A stretch of 32,000 bases of DNA, from assembly GCF_000195755.1 (NCBI RefSeq), contig NC_002937.3, positions 300,001 through 332,000 on the forward strand. Reading direction: 5' to 3'. The position numbers and the translations under genes are program-made. Source of the DNA: Nitratidesulfovibrio vulgaris str. Hildenborough (lineage in GTDB: Bacteria > Desulfobacterota > Desulfovibrionia > Desulfovibrionales > Desulfovibrionaceae). How positions within the stretch are numbered: the first letter of the stretch is position 1; each line of letters begins with the position of its first letter. The notes beneath the pieces are model-generated. The model had not been told where the DNA came from. It did no database searches and saw only the letters and a program-made list of their open reading frames with translations. Below are positions 15,245 through 24,396 of this stretch, piece after piece.

Positions 15245-16666
15245 GTGAAAAAATGGCTTGGGCTAGCCCTGGGGTTGGGCCTCATGGCGGGCGGCGTCTC
15301 GTCCGCGACGGCAGCGGAGATAAGAGCCAGCGGTGAATGGGCGTTCGACCTTTCGTGGACGGACAACCTCGGTTACCGCTCTGCCGCACATGGTGACAAG
15401 GAAGACGACTTCAATGCCCACCAGCGTCTGCGTACCCAGATAGACATCATCGCCAGCGAGAATCTTTCCGGCGTGCTGTTCCTTGAGATGGGCGATTCCC
15501 TGTGGGGTTCGGAAGATGCAGCCCTCGGCGCCGACGGCAAGACCGTCAAGGTGCGTCGTTCTTTCGTGGACTGGAACGTACCCGGTACAGGCCTCGCCGT
15601 GCGTATGGGTATTCAGGGACTCGACCTGCCCGGTGCCACCTTCGGCGCCAGCCCCATTCTCAGTGACGAGGACGTGGCGGCGCTCACGCTCTCCTACGCC
15701 GTGAACGACACCGTGGCCGTGACGGGCTTCTGGGCCCGCCCCTACGATGGCGCCAACTCCAACGCGGCCGATGGCAACAGAGGGTTCGACGAGGTCGACC
15801 TCTTCGGCCTCTCCGTGCCTGTGACGCTCGACGGTTTCAGCATCACGCCCCATGCCATGTATGCCAGCATCGGCAAGGATGTGGACGGCTCGAACTTCGA
15901 TGAGAACAAGTGGAACTCCGGTTCGTGGGAAGCTTTCTCCGACGGGATGCACAGCATCGCCCAACAGCACAAGGGGGTGACCCCCGGCGAGTCGTCGCGT
16001 GCGTGGTGGGCTGGCGTGGCCTTCGAGATGTCGCTGCTTTCGCCTTTCGAACTGAAGGCCGACCTCACCTACGGCACGGTCTCCAACGATGACGAGGCAC
16101 TGGAACGTTCCGGCTGGCTGGCCTCCGCCATGGCCTCGTACAAACTCGACATGGTGACCCCCGCCGTGTTCGGATGGTACGGCAGCGGTGAAGACGACGA
16201 CCTTGGCAACGGTTCGGAGCGTATGCCCTCCGTCTCGGCGCAAGCGTGGGCCCCCACCAGCTTCGGTTTTCCGGGTTCCGCCTTCCAGCAGGATACCAAC
16301 TTCGCGCGTAACGGCGCGGGCCTGATGGGGCTCGGGGTGCAGGCCGGTGACATCAGCTTCATCGAAGACCTCACCCACGTGGTGCGCGTCGCCTACATGC
16401 GCGGCACCAACGACGCCGACCTCCTGCGGCGCGACACCACCTTGCGGGGCGACCTCGCCCCCGGTGCCGGTGCAGTATTCCTCACCGACAAGGACAGCGC
16501 GTGGGAAGTCAACTTCGACCATGAATACAAGATCTACGAGAACCTGACCATGATCGTCGAGATGGGGCTCATCCGCCTCAACCTCGATGAGGATGCGTGG
16601 GGCGACGAGGCAGACAATCTGGGTACGGCCAAGAAGGCCACTGTCAACCTCGTGTACGAGTTCTAG
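15245..16666 (+). CDS. Outer-membrane beta-barrel porin (putative)
   Basis: Track ORF 15149..16666 trimmed to a GTG at 15245, 7 nt after GGAGG. This gives the signal peptide VKKWLGLALGLGLMAGGVSSATA-AE. The sequence is Gly/Asp/aromatic-rich with alternating strands and a C-terminal ...VNLVYEF (terminal Phe). Confidence 0.8.
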   Translation: MKKWLGLALGLGLMAGGVSSATAAEIRASGEWAFDLSWTDNLGYRSAAHGDKEDDFNAHQRLRTQIDIIASENLSGVLFLEMGDSLWGSEDAALGADGKTVKVRRSFVDWNVPGTGLAVRMGIQGLDLPGATFGASPILSDEDVAALTLSYAVNDTVAVTGFWARPYDGANSNAADGNRGFDEVDLFGLSVPVTLDGFSITPHAMYASIGKDVDGSNFDENKWNSGSWEAFSDGMHSIAQQHKGVTPGESSRAWWAGVAFEMSLLSPFELKADLTYGTVSNDDEALERSGWLASAMASYKLDMVTPAVFGWYGSGEDDDLGNGSERMPSVSAQAWAPTSFGFPGSAFQQDTNFARNGAGLMGLGVQAGDISFIEDLTHVVRVAYMRGTNDADLLRRDTTLRGDLAPGAGAVFLTDKDSAWEVNFDHEYKIYENLTMIVEMGLIRLNLDEDAWGDEADNLGTAKKATVNLVYEF

Positions 16667-16673
16667 TCTTCGT

Positions 16674-16706
16674 CCGGGGCGTCATTCCCTGAGACGCCCC
16701 GGTCTT
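16674..16706 (+). terminator. Intrinsic terminator candidate after the porin gene
   Basis: ccggggcgtc / 9-nt loop / gacgccccgg forms a 10-bp stem starting 8 nt after the stop. The tail tctt is only weakly T-rich. Confidence 0.5.
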
Positions 16707-16803
16707 CAGCCGGTGTGGCGGGCCGCACCCCGCACGGCACTACAGGCCGCATGGCCCGCTGCATCCCGGGGTGTCTCGCGTGATGCCCGGCATGAGTAAT
16801 GAA

Positions 16804-16838
16804 GAGGCCACTCCCGTCTGTCTGGCGGGGGTGGCCTC
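16804..16838 (-). terminator. Strong stem-loop downstream of the minus-strand acidic protein gene
   Basis: gaggccactcccg / tctgtctgg / cgggggtggcctc forms a 13-bp stem with one G-U pair. On the minus strand it is followed by UUCAUUAC. Confidence 0.4.
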
Positions 16839-16977
16839 GTCATCGTGCGTTGCGGGCGCTGAGGATGCAGGGCGCTTCATCGTGCCTCGCCTGACACGTG
16901 CACGGTCTTCGCCGTGCACACTGGAGAGGGCCATGAGCGCCTCCGTACAGGCGGCTGGTGCCTGTCGTCTGGCGGAC

Positions 16978-17349
16978 TCAGGCTTCCCAGATGGTGAGCC
17001 TGTCTTCGGGCAGTTCATGCTCTTCGACGAAGGCGGCGGCAAGACCCTCTTCACCTTCGGGGACGATGAGCACGACCTGTCCGCCCAGTTCCTTGGCGCG
17101 TCGGGTGAAGGCCTGAAGCCGCTCGACAAGTTCCATCTCTGCGAAGACTTCGGGGGGGCAGACCTCGAAAAGGTAGGTGATGCCCTTCTGGTTGGTCGCC
17201 TGCATGTCCGGGATGTGCCCTTCGACCGCCTCGGGTTCGGGCAGGTCTTCGGCGTCCGTCACGCGGATGTCGCGAAAACCGCTTTCCTCAAGGGCTTCGT
17301 AGGTCACTTCGAGCATGTCCTCGTAATCGAGGTCGTCTTTTCCTGCCAT
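16978..17349 (-). CDS. Small, highly acidic hypothetical protein
   Basis: 123 aa (MAGKDDLDYEDMLEVTYEALEESGF...). GGAGG precedes the ATG and codon usage is typical. I recognise no family signature. Confidence 0.65.
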   Translation of the reverse strand: MAGKDDLDYEDMLEVTYEALEESGFRDIRVTDAEDLPEPEAVEGHIPDMQATNQKGITYLFEVCPPEVFAEMELVERLQAFTRRAKELGGQVVLIVPEGEEGLAAAFVEEHELPEDRLTIWEA

Positions 17350-17643
17350 GGTGGCTCCTCCGGGCTGCCTACGGGGCAGCGGATGGTTGTTTTCGTATGG
17401 GGAGACGCCGCTGGTGCCTGCGGTCTCGCGTATTCAGGTACCCCAGTGGTCGTCTTCAGGGACTTCGACGGCATCCGGTCGCATGGGGCTGCCCGTCGTG
17501 GGTGTTCTCTGTGACGCCTGACCTGTCTCGAGGGGCATGGTGCAGACGCAAAGAGGCTTGCACGGTCGCAGTGCGTTTCCAGAGGGGATGGGGGTTCCGA
17601 TAGTCGGCCCCATGACGTGCGTCAAGTGCCGGGACGCGCGTTG

Positions 17644-18339
17644 TCAGTGCAGGCAGACGGGGCCGTCGTTGTCGAGGTACTCCGAGAGGGTGACGAACTG
17701 ACACCCCGCAGCTGCCAGGTCGTCGAGGATGCGAGGCATGGCGTCGACGGTGGAGCGGTGGTTGTCATGGAAGAGGAACACCCCGTGCACCTTGCCCGAA
17801 CTGCTGCGGGGAAGCACCCGTGCCATGGGTTGGCGCGGGCTCTGCCAGTCTCGGCTGTCGATGGACCACATGACGATGGTCAGGTTCTCGATGGCGGCCT
17901 GCTCCAGCGTATTCTTGTCGTAGCGCCCGTACGGGGGGCGCAGGTAGCGCACGGGAATGCCGAGCTCAAGGAGGGCGGCATCGGTGCGGGCTATCTCGTC
18001 ACGCTGCGTTTCGGGGGCGAGGTTGCGCAGGTTGACATGGCTGTAGGTATGGTTGCCCACTTCGTGGCCTTCGGCGGCGATGGCGCGCATGGTCTGCGGG
18101 TAGCGGGCTACACGCGAGCCGAGTACGAAGAACGTCGCCTTGATGTTGCGCTCGCGCAGGATGCCGAGAAGCCGGGGAGTGTGTGGCCCGGGGCCGTCAT
18201 CGAAGGTGATGGCGCATGTGTTTGTGTGCGCTCCGAGCATGGCAAGCGAGAACCCGTCGAAAATTTCTTCGGCGTACGCCGAGATGGGGCAGGCCAGGCA
18301 GAGCAGGGAGCACAGGAGCGTGAGGGCGGCGTGGGGCAT
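17644..18339 (-). CDS. Polysaccharide deacetylase (NodB homology domain), secreted
   Basis: Track ORF 17644..18393 trimmed to MPHAALTLLCSLLCLACPISAYA (signal peptide). NodB motifs are TFDDGPGP, HEVGNHTYSH and RPPYG. Confidence 0.85.
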   Translation of the reverse strand: MPHAALTLLCSLLCLACPISAYAEEIFDGFSLAMLGAHTNTCAITFDDGPGPHTPRLLGILRERNIKATFFVLGSRVARYPQTMRAIAAEGHEVGNHTYSHVNLRNLAPETQRDEIARTDAALLELGIPVRYLRPPYGRYDKNTLEQAAIENLTIVMWSIDSRDWQSPRQPMARVLPRSSSGKVHGVFLFHDNHRSTVDAMPRILDDLAAAGCQFVTLSEYLDNDGPVCLH

Positions 18340-18793
18340 GTCAGTCTCTCGATCATGCGTGTGTACGGGCATGTCTTGCGCCCGCAGGACCAACTATCGC
18401 AGAAATGCAAGGCGTCGTACAGGGGATGCACCAGTGCGTGTGCACTTTGCGTCAGGGGATGGTGCCGTTGCGCAACACCCGTCGGTGTTGCTGGCATGCA
18501 GGTGCATGTCTCTGGTGTTCCGCGCTCAGGAGTATGCCCGGTCACGGTCGATATCGCCTGTCGTGGCTGGATGACTGTCGCGTGCGTCTTGCCTGTTCAC
18601 CGTGTGCTGCGCGAGCGGGGTTTACGCATTCTACGCAACTGCCACATACGAGGAGTGAGCGAACCTTCTGGAGGCTGTTTGGAGGAGGGGGAGGGGGTAC
18701 TTGGTGGCTTTTTTGTATCCATATGAAATTATGCGCAAAAAAAATGAAGCGATTTTGCCGCCAGAAAAAAAGCAGTCTGCTCGGGATTTTTCG

Positions 18794-18822
18794 TTGACAG
18801 CACAAGGGGTGGCATATATACA
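18794..18822 (+). promoter_or_regulatory. Promoter of the tRNA operon
   Basis: TTGACA (18794-18799), 17 nt, then TATACA (18817-18822), within catatataca. An A/T-rich UP-like region lies at about 18720-18790. The tRNA starts at 18835. Confidence 0.55.
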
Positions 18823-18834
18823 CAGCCTCCTCAA

Positions 18835-18910
18835 GGGCAGTTAGCTCAGCTGGAAGAGCACCGCCTTCACACGGCGGGGGTCGCAGGTTCGAGCCCTGCA
18901 CCGCCCACCA
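18835..18910 (+). tRNA. tRNA-Val (anticodon CAC)
   Basis: 76-nt cloverleaf folded by hand: GGGCAGT/TA/GCTC-AGCTGGAA-GAGC/A/CCGCC-TTCACAC-GGCGG/GGGTC/GCAGG-TTCGAGC-CCTGC/ACCGCCC/A/CCA. There is one A5-C68 mismatch in the acceptor stem and CCA is encoded. Confidence 0.9.
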
Positions 18911-18913
18911 CGC

Positions 18914-18990
<77 letters not shown>

Positions 18991-18999
18991 TGTCCCCAA

Positions 19000-19018
19000 G
19001 GGGGAGCAACGCTCCCCC
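19000..19018 (+). other. Stem-loop in the spacer between the two tRNA-Asp genes
   Basis: gggggagc-aac-gctccccc forms an 8-bp stem, followed by attatttcg. It could be a processing or terminator-like hairpin. Confidence 0.4.
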
Positions 19019-19061
19019 ATTATTTCGCAGATAAGGGTCTCGCAAGTGATCCTCTTCATGC

Positions 19062-19138
<77 letters not shown>

Positions 19139-19147
19139 TTTTTCGAC

Positions 19148-19192
19148 ATAAGCCCCGCAAGTACCAAGAGTGCTTGCGGGGCTTATGTTTTG
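19148..19192 (+). terminator. Intrinsic terminator of the tRNA operon
   Basis: ataagccccgcaag / 11-nt loop / cttgcggggcttat forms a 14-bp perfect stem, followed by gttttg. Confidence 0.8.
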
Positions 19193-19325
19193 CGTGTTTC
19201 GCGTTGCGACTGGCGATTAAGGGCGATGGCAAACCGCGTTAACAGCCGGGGCAGCTTGGGGGCAACTTTGGGGATAACAAGGCGCAGGTCGCAGGCGTTG
19301 CCCCCAGATGCTCAGGACACCAAGT

Positions 19326-19354
19326 GCCCGCAAGTACCAGTGAGTGCTGCGGGC
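19326..19354 (+). terminator. Second, degenerate copy of the tRNA-operon terminator hairpin
   Basis: gcccgca...tgcgggc forms a 7-bp stem followed by cttgtgtctttcg. It shares cccgcaagtacca, gagtgct and gcggg blocks with the terminator at 19148..19192. Confidence 0.35.
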
Positions 19355-19403
19355 CTTGTGTCTTTCGTGCCTTGTGCTTCGCTTGCCCTGAAACCGGTCG
19401 CCG

Positions 19404-19802
19404 TCAGGCGGTGTGACCTTGCGCCGCCGCCGTGAGTTTGCGTAATGCACCCTGCATCATGCGAAGCGAAGGATGGTCGTCGGGGATGCCGTATTCTTTC
19501 GCCAGCCTTTCGGGTGACAGGTGGATGAAGACGGTGCGCCCCGCGTCTTCACGAACCATGCAGCGCAGGGGCAGGTCGAGGGCGATGTCCGGGGCGGTCT
19601 GCATGAGAGGGGTGCCCACCTCGGCCTTGCCGAAGATGGCAACGCGGCAGAAGGGCAGTTCCATTCCTGCCTTGCTCGCGTTGGCAGCGTGGTCGACCGT
19701 GCAGAACACGGTCGCCCCCAGAGTCTCCAGCATGGACAGAACCCGTTGCCAGACGACTTCTGCAGGGGCGTTGCAGTGGTGCACAGGGGATGGTGCGTTC
19801 AT
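19404..19802 (-). CDS. DUF302-domain protein
   Basis: Track ORF 19404..19844 trimmed to MNAPSPV (ATG at 19802 after AGGAG). The DUF302-like core is TVDHAANASKAGMELPFCRVAIFGKAEVGTPLMQ...ALDLPLRCMVRED. Confidence 0.75.
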   Translation of the reverse strand: MNAPSPVHHCNAPAEVVWQRVLSMLETLGATVFCTVDHAANASKAGMELPFCRVAIFGKAEVGTPLMQTAPDIALDLPLRCMVREDAGRTVFIHLSPERLAKEYGIPDDHPSLRMMQGALRKLTAAAQGHTA

Positions 19803-19946
19803 GGCGTCTCCTGTCGGTACAGGTGAATCGGGGTATTCATGCACATTACTCTGGGCGATACCATGAATGGACCCGCAAGGGTAGCGTCGACCGTGTCTGC
19901 GTTACCGGACTGGAAGCGGGCGCATCCCTTGTGCTAGGGTACCTGC

Positions 19947-20180
19947 ATGTTGGTCGTCCGTTGCGCGGCGTGTCGCCGCAAGCTTTTCAGGTACAGGAAG
20001 ATTGGCAAGGGAGAGGTGCTGCGCTGCCACAAGGAGCGCATCATGCGTCTGTTCGAGGCCGAAGAACGCGACGGGCGTCTGTGGTGCCCGTGCGGAAGGG
20101 CCGTAGGCGTGGATATGGGGACGCGGTGGAACATGCTCGGGGGCACGTTCACCTACTCCGGCACCAAGGACAACAACTGA
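19947..20180 (+). CDS. Small Cys-rich (zinc-ribbon-like) hypothetical protein
   Basis: 77 aa with CAAC near the N-terminus and WCPC about 40 residues later. It is basic, has high GC3 like real genes, and is divergent from the DUF302 gene. The SD is weak. Confidence 0.5.
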   Translation: MLVVRCAACRRKLFRYRKIGKGEVLRCHKERIMRLFEAEERDGRLWCPCGRAVGVDMGTRWNMLGGTFTYSGTKDNN

Positions 20181-20356
20181 CGCACGGGGGCCGTGAGGCT
20201 GACTGGGGGCCTGCCAGCCCGTGCCTGCCAGCCTCTGTCCGGCTGTCCTCGTTGTTCCTGCGGCTGACGTCTCTCCGGGGGGCGACTCCGCCGCACCGTA
20301 ACTCTGTCAGGCCGCCGCCTCGTCGTCCCGTTTCCCGTCGCTTCATAGGAGGCTTC

Positions 20357-21337
20357 TTGCGTCGCGCCGACACCCTGCATCGTTATGAGTCACGTGTTAA
20401 CAGGCTCATCGATCATATCGTGAACAATCTTTCCGGCCCGTTGACACTGGAAGAGATGGCCGCCGTATCGTCCTTCTCGCCCTTTCATCTGCATCGTATC
20501 TTCTCCACTGTGATGGGCGAGACCCTAGCCGCGTTCATACGCAGGGTACGCATAGAGCGCGCTGCCGTGCTGCTGCTCTGGAATCCTACGCGCTCCGTGA
20601 CCGACATCGCCTTTGCGTGCGGATTCTCCTCATCGCAGAACCTTGCGCGGGCCTTCACCCGCCATATGGGGATGCCCCCCGGTGTCTACCGGCGTTGCCG
20701 CAGGGAAGAAGGGTGCGGGCTGACACCAGCAGGGGCAGGCAATGATGATAATGGCAAGAACGGAAACGCAGGCGGCATGGGGCTGTGGCATGGTGGCGAT
20801 GCAGCCGGTGCCAGCGGGCACCATCTGCATCTCGCCCATTCATTGCTCGAAAGGAGTGCCACCATGGATGTACGGATTGAAGAGATGCCCAGATTTCATG
20901 TCGCCTATCTGCGTCATGTGGGGCCTTACACCGAAGCGACAATCGGCCCGGTATGGGGCAGGCTCATGGAGTGGGCCGGTGCCAGGGGGCTCCTGCGTCC
21001 GGGCGTGAAGACGCTGGGCGTCAGCTGGGACGACCCCGAGGTGACGCCTCCCGAACATTGTCGCTATGACGCCTGTATCGTCATCGCCCCCGGCGTGGAG
21101 GTTGATGGCGGTTGTGCCACGCAGGAGGTGGGCGGCGGTCTGTATGCCGTGTACCGTCGTCCTGTGGCATGCGGGCAGTTCACCGAGGCATGGAATGAAC
21201 TCTTCGGGCAGTGGCTGCCGACCAGTGGTATGCAGGCCGACGACAGACCCTGTTTCGAACTGTACAACGACGTTATGCAGGCTCCTCCCGAAGGCCCGTG
21301 GGACGTGAGCATCTGCATGCCCGTGAGACCTCTGTAG
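20357..21337 (+). CDS. AraC-family transcriptional regulator with a C-terminal GyrI-like effector-binding domain
   Basis: C-terminal 326 codons of track ORF 19790..21337. There is no in-frame ATG near the domain start. The TTG at 20357 lies 4 nt after AGGAGG (20347-20352). The AraC HTH is LTLEEMAAVSSFSPFHLHRIF...IAFACGFSSSQNLARAF. The GyrI-like part is VRIEEMPRFHVAYLRHVGPY...PCFELY. Confidence 0.75.
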   Translation: MRRADTLHRYESRVNRLIDHIVNNLSGPLTLEEMAAVSSFSPFHLHRIFSTVMGETLAAFIRRVRIERAAVLLLWNPTRSVTDIAFACGFSSSQNLARAFTRHMGMPPGVYRRCRREEGCGLTPAGAGNDDNGKNGNAGGMGLWHGGDAAGASGHHLHLAHSLLERSATMDVRIEEMPRFHVAYLRHVGPYTEATIGPVWGRLMEWAGARGLLRPGVKTLGVSWDDPEVTPPEHCRYDACIVIAPGVEVDGGCATQEVGGGLYAVYRRPVACGQFTEAWNELFGQWLPTSGMQADDRPCFELYNDVMQAPPEGPWDVSICMPVRPL

Positions 21338-21630
21338 CAGGGCCGCTACGCGGTTTCATCGACAGGCACTGTGAATGAGGCCCGTTGCGCCAATGGCGTG
21401 ACGGGCCTTCATGCGTTGTCGGGATGAAGCAGGGACCCCGTCTCCCGACAGGGGGATGTCCGTCCTCGGGCTCGCCTATCGTCCCGGAGGGCAGGGAAGG
21501 CGACAGGGCCACAGGCGGAGGGATGCCTGCCAAGGACGCCGGGGGCTATTGCCTCTCTGCCCGCCGCCCCCTTCGGCGTGTGGACGCAGCCGGGATGTTT
21601 TCCGGCAAGGCGTCGCAGACTGCGGGAGCA

Positions 21631-22053
21631 TCATGCGTCAAGGATGATTCTTCCTTCGACATCGAGTGTGAGCGAGGGAACGTGGGCCACTTCCCACGGG
21701 TGCCCGTCGGGGTCGGCGAAATAGCCTCCGTAGCCCCATGGCTTGTCACGGGCGGGGGCGATGAGCCTTCCTCCAGCTTCCACCACCTGTGCCAGCCGCG
21801 CATCGACTTCATCGCGCGAGGCGACGTTGCAGGCAAGGGTGACTCCGCCCGGCGTGGGGGCATTGCCGGTGAGTCCGCAGTCTTCAAGAAGGGCGTCACG
21901 CGGGAAGAGGGCAAGTGTGGCACCCCCGCCATGCAGGAAGACGATGTGTTCGTTGCTGCATGATGCCACCTTCCAGCCCGTGCGGGCGTAGAAGTCGCGG
22001 GAACGGGCGAGGTCGGTGACGCCTAGGGTGACAAGCGAGAGTGTTCTGCTCAT
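21631..22053 (-). CDS. VOC / glyoxalase-bleomycin resistance family protein
   Basis: Track ORF 21631..22131 trimmed to MSRTLSLVTLGVTDLARSRDFY (ATG at 22053 after AGGAG). The VOC fold signature is ...PWGYGGYFADPDGHPWEV. Confidence 0.85.
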   Translation of the reverse strand: MSRTLSLVTLGVTDLARSRDFYARTGWKVASCSNEHIVFLHGGGATLALFPRDALLEDCGLTGNAPTPGGVTLACNVASRDEVDARLAQVVEAGGRLIAPARDKPWGYGGYFADPDGHPWEVAHVPSLTLDVEGRIILDA

Positions 22054-22278
22054 GGTGACTCCTGTGGTTTGCAGCACCATAGCGCAAGGCGCTGCATTCG
22101 TCATGACATACTGATGATGCAATGCGGACAAGGTAGGGGCCTGGTGTGCCCTCTATGACGCACTGCTTCTGCGTTGTCGTGTTGCACTGTCGATTTGGTA
22201 GAGTGTGCTATCACATGGGGTGACGACTGCTCGCACTAACAGAATGGAGACATATACCACTGAAAAGAAGTGTGAGTA

Positions 22279-22300
22279 TCGCGTCTTGAAAAAGACGCGA
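22279..22300. promoter_or_regulatory. 22-bp palindrome upstream of the SulP gene
   Basis: tcgcgtctt-gaaa-aagacgcga has perfect 9-bp arms and a GAAA centre. It ends 3 nt before the sigma-54-like element. Confidence 0.4.
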
Positions 22301-22302
22301 GT

Positions 22303-22318
22303 GGGCACTTGCTATGCG
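22303..22318 (+). promoter_or_regulatory. Candidate sigma-54 (-24/-12) promoter upstream of the SulP gene
   Basis: gGGCACttgctatGCg has canonical GG-N10-GC spacing (GG 22304-05, GC 22316-17). The -24 element is GGCAC and the -12 element is ATGC versus TTGC. It lies about 60 nt upstream of the ATG at 22378. Confidence 0.3.
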
Positions 22319-22377
22319 CCGGGAGCGGGAGTAAGGCTACCGCTTTCCGACAGCGGAAAATCGCAAAGGAGGCGCAT

Positions 22378-24084
22378 ATGGCGATTCCATCTGGTGCGAC
22401 AGGCAAAGAGCCGTTCCTGCCGCGTACCCTCACGGTACTGAGGGAAGGATATGACGGCGGGACGTTCTTCAAGGACCTTGCGGCGGGGCTGACCGTGGGC
22501 ATCGTGGCCCTGCCACTTGCCATGGCTTTTGCCATCGCCTCGGGCACGACGCCCGAACGGGGGCTTTTCACGGCCATCGTCGCAGGCTTTCTCATCTCCC
22601 TGCTTGGCGGCAGCCGCTACCAGATTGGCGGGCCCACGGGCGCGTTCGTCATCATCATCTTCAATGTGATCATGAAGCATGGGTACGACGGTCTTGTCGT
22701 GACCACGCTGCTTGCCGGGGCCATGCTTCTGGTCTTCGGGCTGTGCCGCTTCGGGGCACTCATCAAGTACATTCCCTATCCCGTGACCACGGGATTCACC
22801 GCAGGTATCGCCGTCCTCATCTTCTCGCAGCAGGTGAAGGACTTCCTCGGCCTTTCCATGCAGTCGGTCCCGCCGGACTTCTTCGAGAAGTGGCAAGCCT
22901 ACATACACAACGCCGCAACGTTCGACCCTGCCACCTGTGGCATCGCATTTCTTGCTCTTGGGGCCATCATCCTCACCCGCAAGACGATCCCCCGTATTCC
23001 GGGGCCTGTCGTGGGGGTCGTGCTGGCGTCGCTGACGGTGTGGGCCCTGGGCCTTGATGTCGAGACCATCGGCAGCCGCTTCGGCGGCATACCCACTGAA
23101 CTGCCCACGTTCACCCTGCCGACCGTCACCCTCGAACGGGTCCGGCAGCTTCTGCCTGACGCCATGACCATCGCCCTTCTGGCGGGCATCGAATCGCTGT
23201 TGTCCTGTGTGGTGGCCGACGGCATGACCGGCGACAAGCACAACTCCAACGTCGAACTTGCGGCGCAGGGCGCGGCGAACATCGCGTCAGTCATGTTCGG
23301 CGGCATTCCCGCCACCGGGGCCATCGCCCGCACGGTCACCAACATCCGCTCCGGCGGCAGGACGCCCGTGGCAGGCATGATCCATGCCGCCGTGCTGGTG
23401 GGCTTCATCCTCTATCTCGCGCCCCTTGCCTCGTTCATTCCCCTGGCAAGTCTCGCGGCCGTACTGATGGTCGTCGCGTGGGACATGAGCGAGATGCACA
23501 AGTTCCTGCGCCTCTTGCACGCACCCAAGTCCGACGTGCTGGTCATGTGTCTGACCTTCGCGCTGACGGTCGTCATCGACCTGACCGTGGCGGTGTATGT
23601 GGGCGTCATGCTGGCCTCACTACTCTTCATGCGCCGCATGAGCGAGGTGACGCAGATATGTACCTGCCTCGACGGTGAGGCCACCAAGGTGCAGGGGCGT
23701 GAGACCGCGGAACTTGACGTGCCCGAAGGTGTGAAGGTCTACGAGATAGACGGGCCGTTCTTCTTCGGTGTGGCGGACAGGTTCCAGAACGTGCTTGCTG
23801 CACTCGACCGGCAGCCTGAAGTGTTCATCCTGCGCATGCGCAAGGTCTCGACACTGGACTCCACCGCCGTCAACGCCCTTGAGGTGTTCTGGCGCAAGTG
23901 CCGTAGCGACGGTACGCAACTGCTGCTTTCGGGAGTGCGTGAGACCATGCGCACCACGTTGCGGCGCATGGGCACACTTTCGCTCATCGGTGAGGGGAAT
24001 ATCTGCGAGAACATCGATGCGGCGTTGGCCCGCGCTGGGCAGGTGCTTGCCGAACGCCGTGAAGCCGAGGACAGGCCACAGTAA
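22378..24084 (+). CDS. SulP-family anion (sulfate/bicarbonate-type) permease with a C-terminal STAS domain
   Basis: Track ORF 22309..24084 trimmed to the ATG at 22378 after AAAGGAGG. SulP signatures are DLAAGLTVGIVALPLAMAFAIASG and GIESLLS. The STAS tail is VKVYEIDGPFFFG...VFILRMRKV..LDSTA. Confidence 0.9.
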   Translation: MAIPSGATGKEPFLPRTLTVLREGYDGGTFFKDLAAGLTVGIVALPLAMAFAIASGTTPERGLFTAIVAGFLISLLGGSRYQIGGPTGAFVIIIFNVIMKHGYDGLVVTTLLAGAMLLVFGLCRFGALIKYIPYPVTTGFTAGIAVLIFSQQVKDFLGLSMQSVPPDFFEKWQAYIHNAATFDPATCGIAFLALGAIILTRKTIPRIPGPVVGVVLASLTVWALGLDVETIGSRFGGIPTELPTFTLPTVTLERVRQLLPDAMTIALLAGIESLLSCVVADGMTGDKHNSNVELAAQGAANIASVMFGGIPATGAIARTVTNIRSGGRTPVAGMIHAAVLVGFILYLAPLASFIPLASLAAVLMVVAWDMSEMHKFLRLLHAPKSDVLVMCLTFALTVVIDLTVAVYVGVMLASLLFMRRMSEVTQICTCLDGEATKVQGRETAELDVPEGVKVYEIDGPFFFGVADRFQNVLAALDRQPEVFILRMRKVSTLDSTAVNALEVFWRKCRSDGTQLLLSGVRETMRTTLRRMGTLSLIGEGNICENIDAALARAGQVLAERREAEDRPQ

Positions 24085-24396
24085 CGTTGATGACAGACGT
24101 GACGTTCCCCATGAAGGAACGCTGGAAACGCCAGCCTCTGGGTCGGCGTTTCTGCGTATCGTGCGGGGCTGCGTGTGGCACTGTCTGTAGGCGTGCGCCG
24201 GATACCGCGCGCCGGATGCCGTGTACTGAAAGACGTGCGGTGGCTGGCGTGAGTGACACGATGGGGGATGACGGCGTCGGCCCAGTGACGAGAACGCTGT
24301 TTGCAATGTGTGATGGGGCTTGGGGAGGCGGTCTGTCGCAGACGCACGTGCGGAAGAAAGGCAGGGGCGTACCACAGAAGTACGCAGAAGGGCGGA

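Noticed and set aside
19790-20356. N-terminal 189 codons of the 515-aa track ORF 19790..21337
   Set aside because: It overlaps the DUF302 gene start and the 77-aa ORF in other frames. Its composition is Arg/Pro-rich with no domain signature. The AraC domain begins right after the AGGAGG-TTG at 20357.
24125-24152. Hairpin gaaacgcc-N12-ggcgtttc after the SulP gene as a terminator
   Set aside because: The stem is only 8 bp with a 12-nt loop and there is no U-tract, so the evidence is too weak for a feature call.
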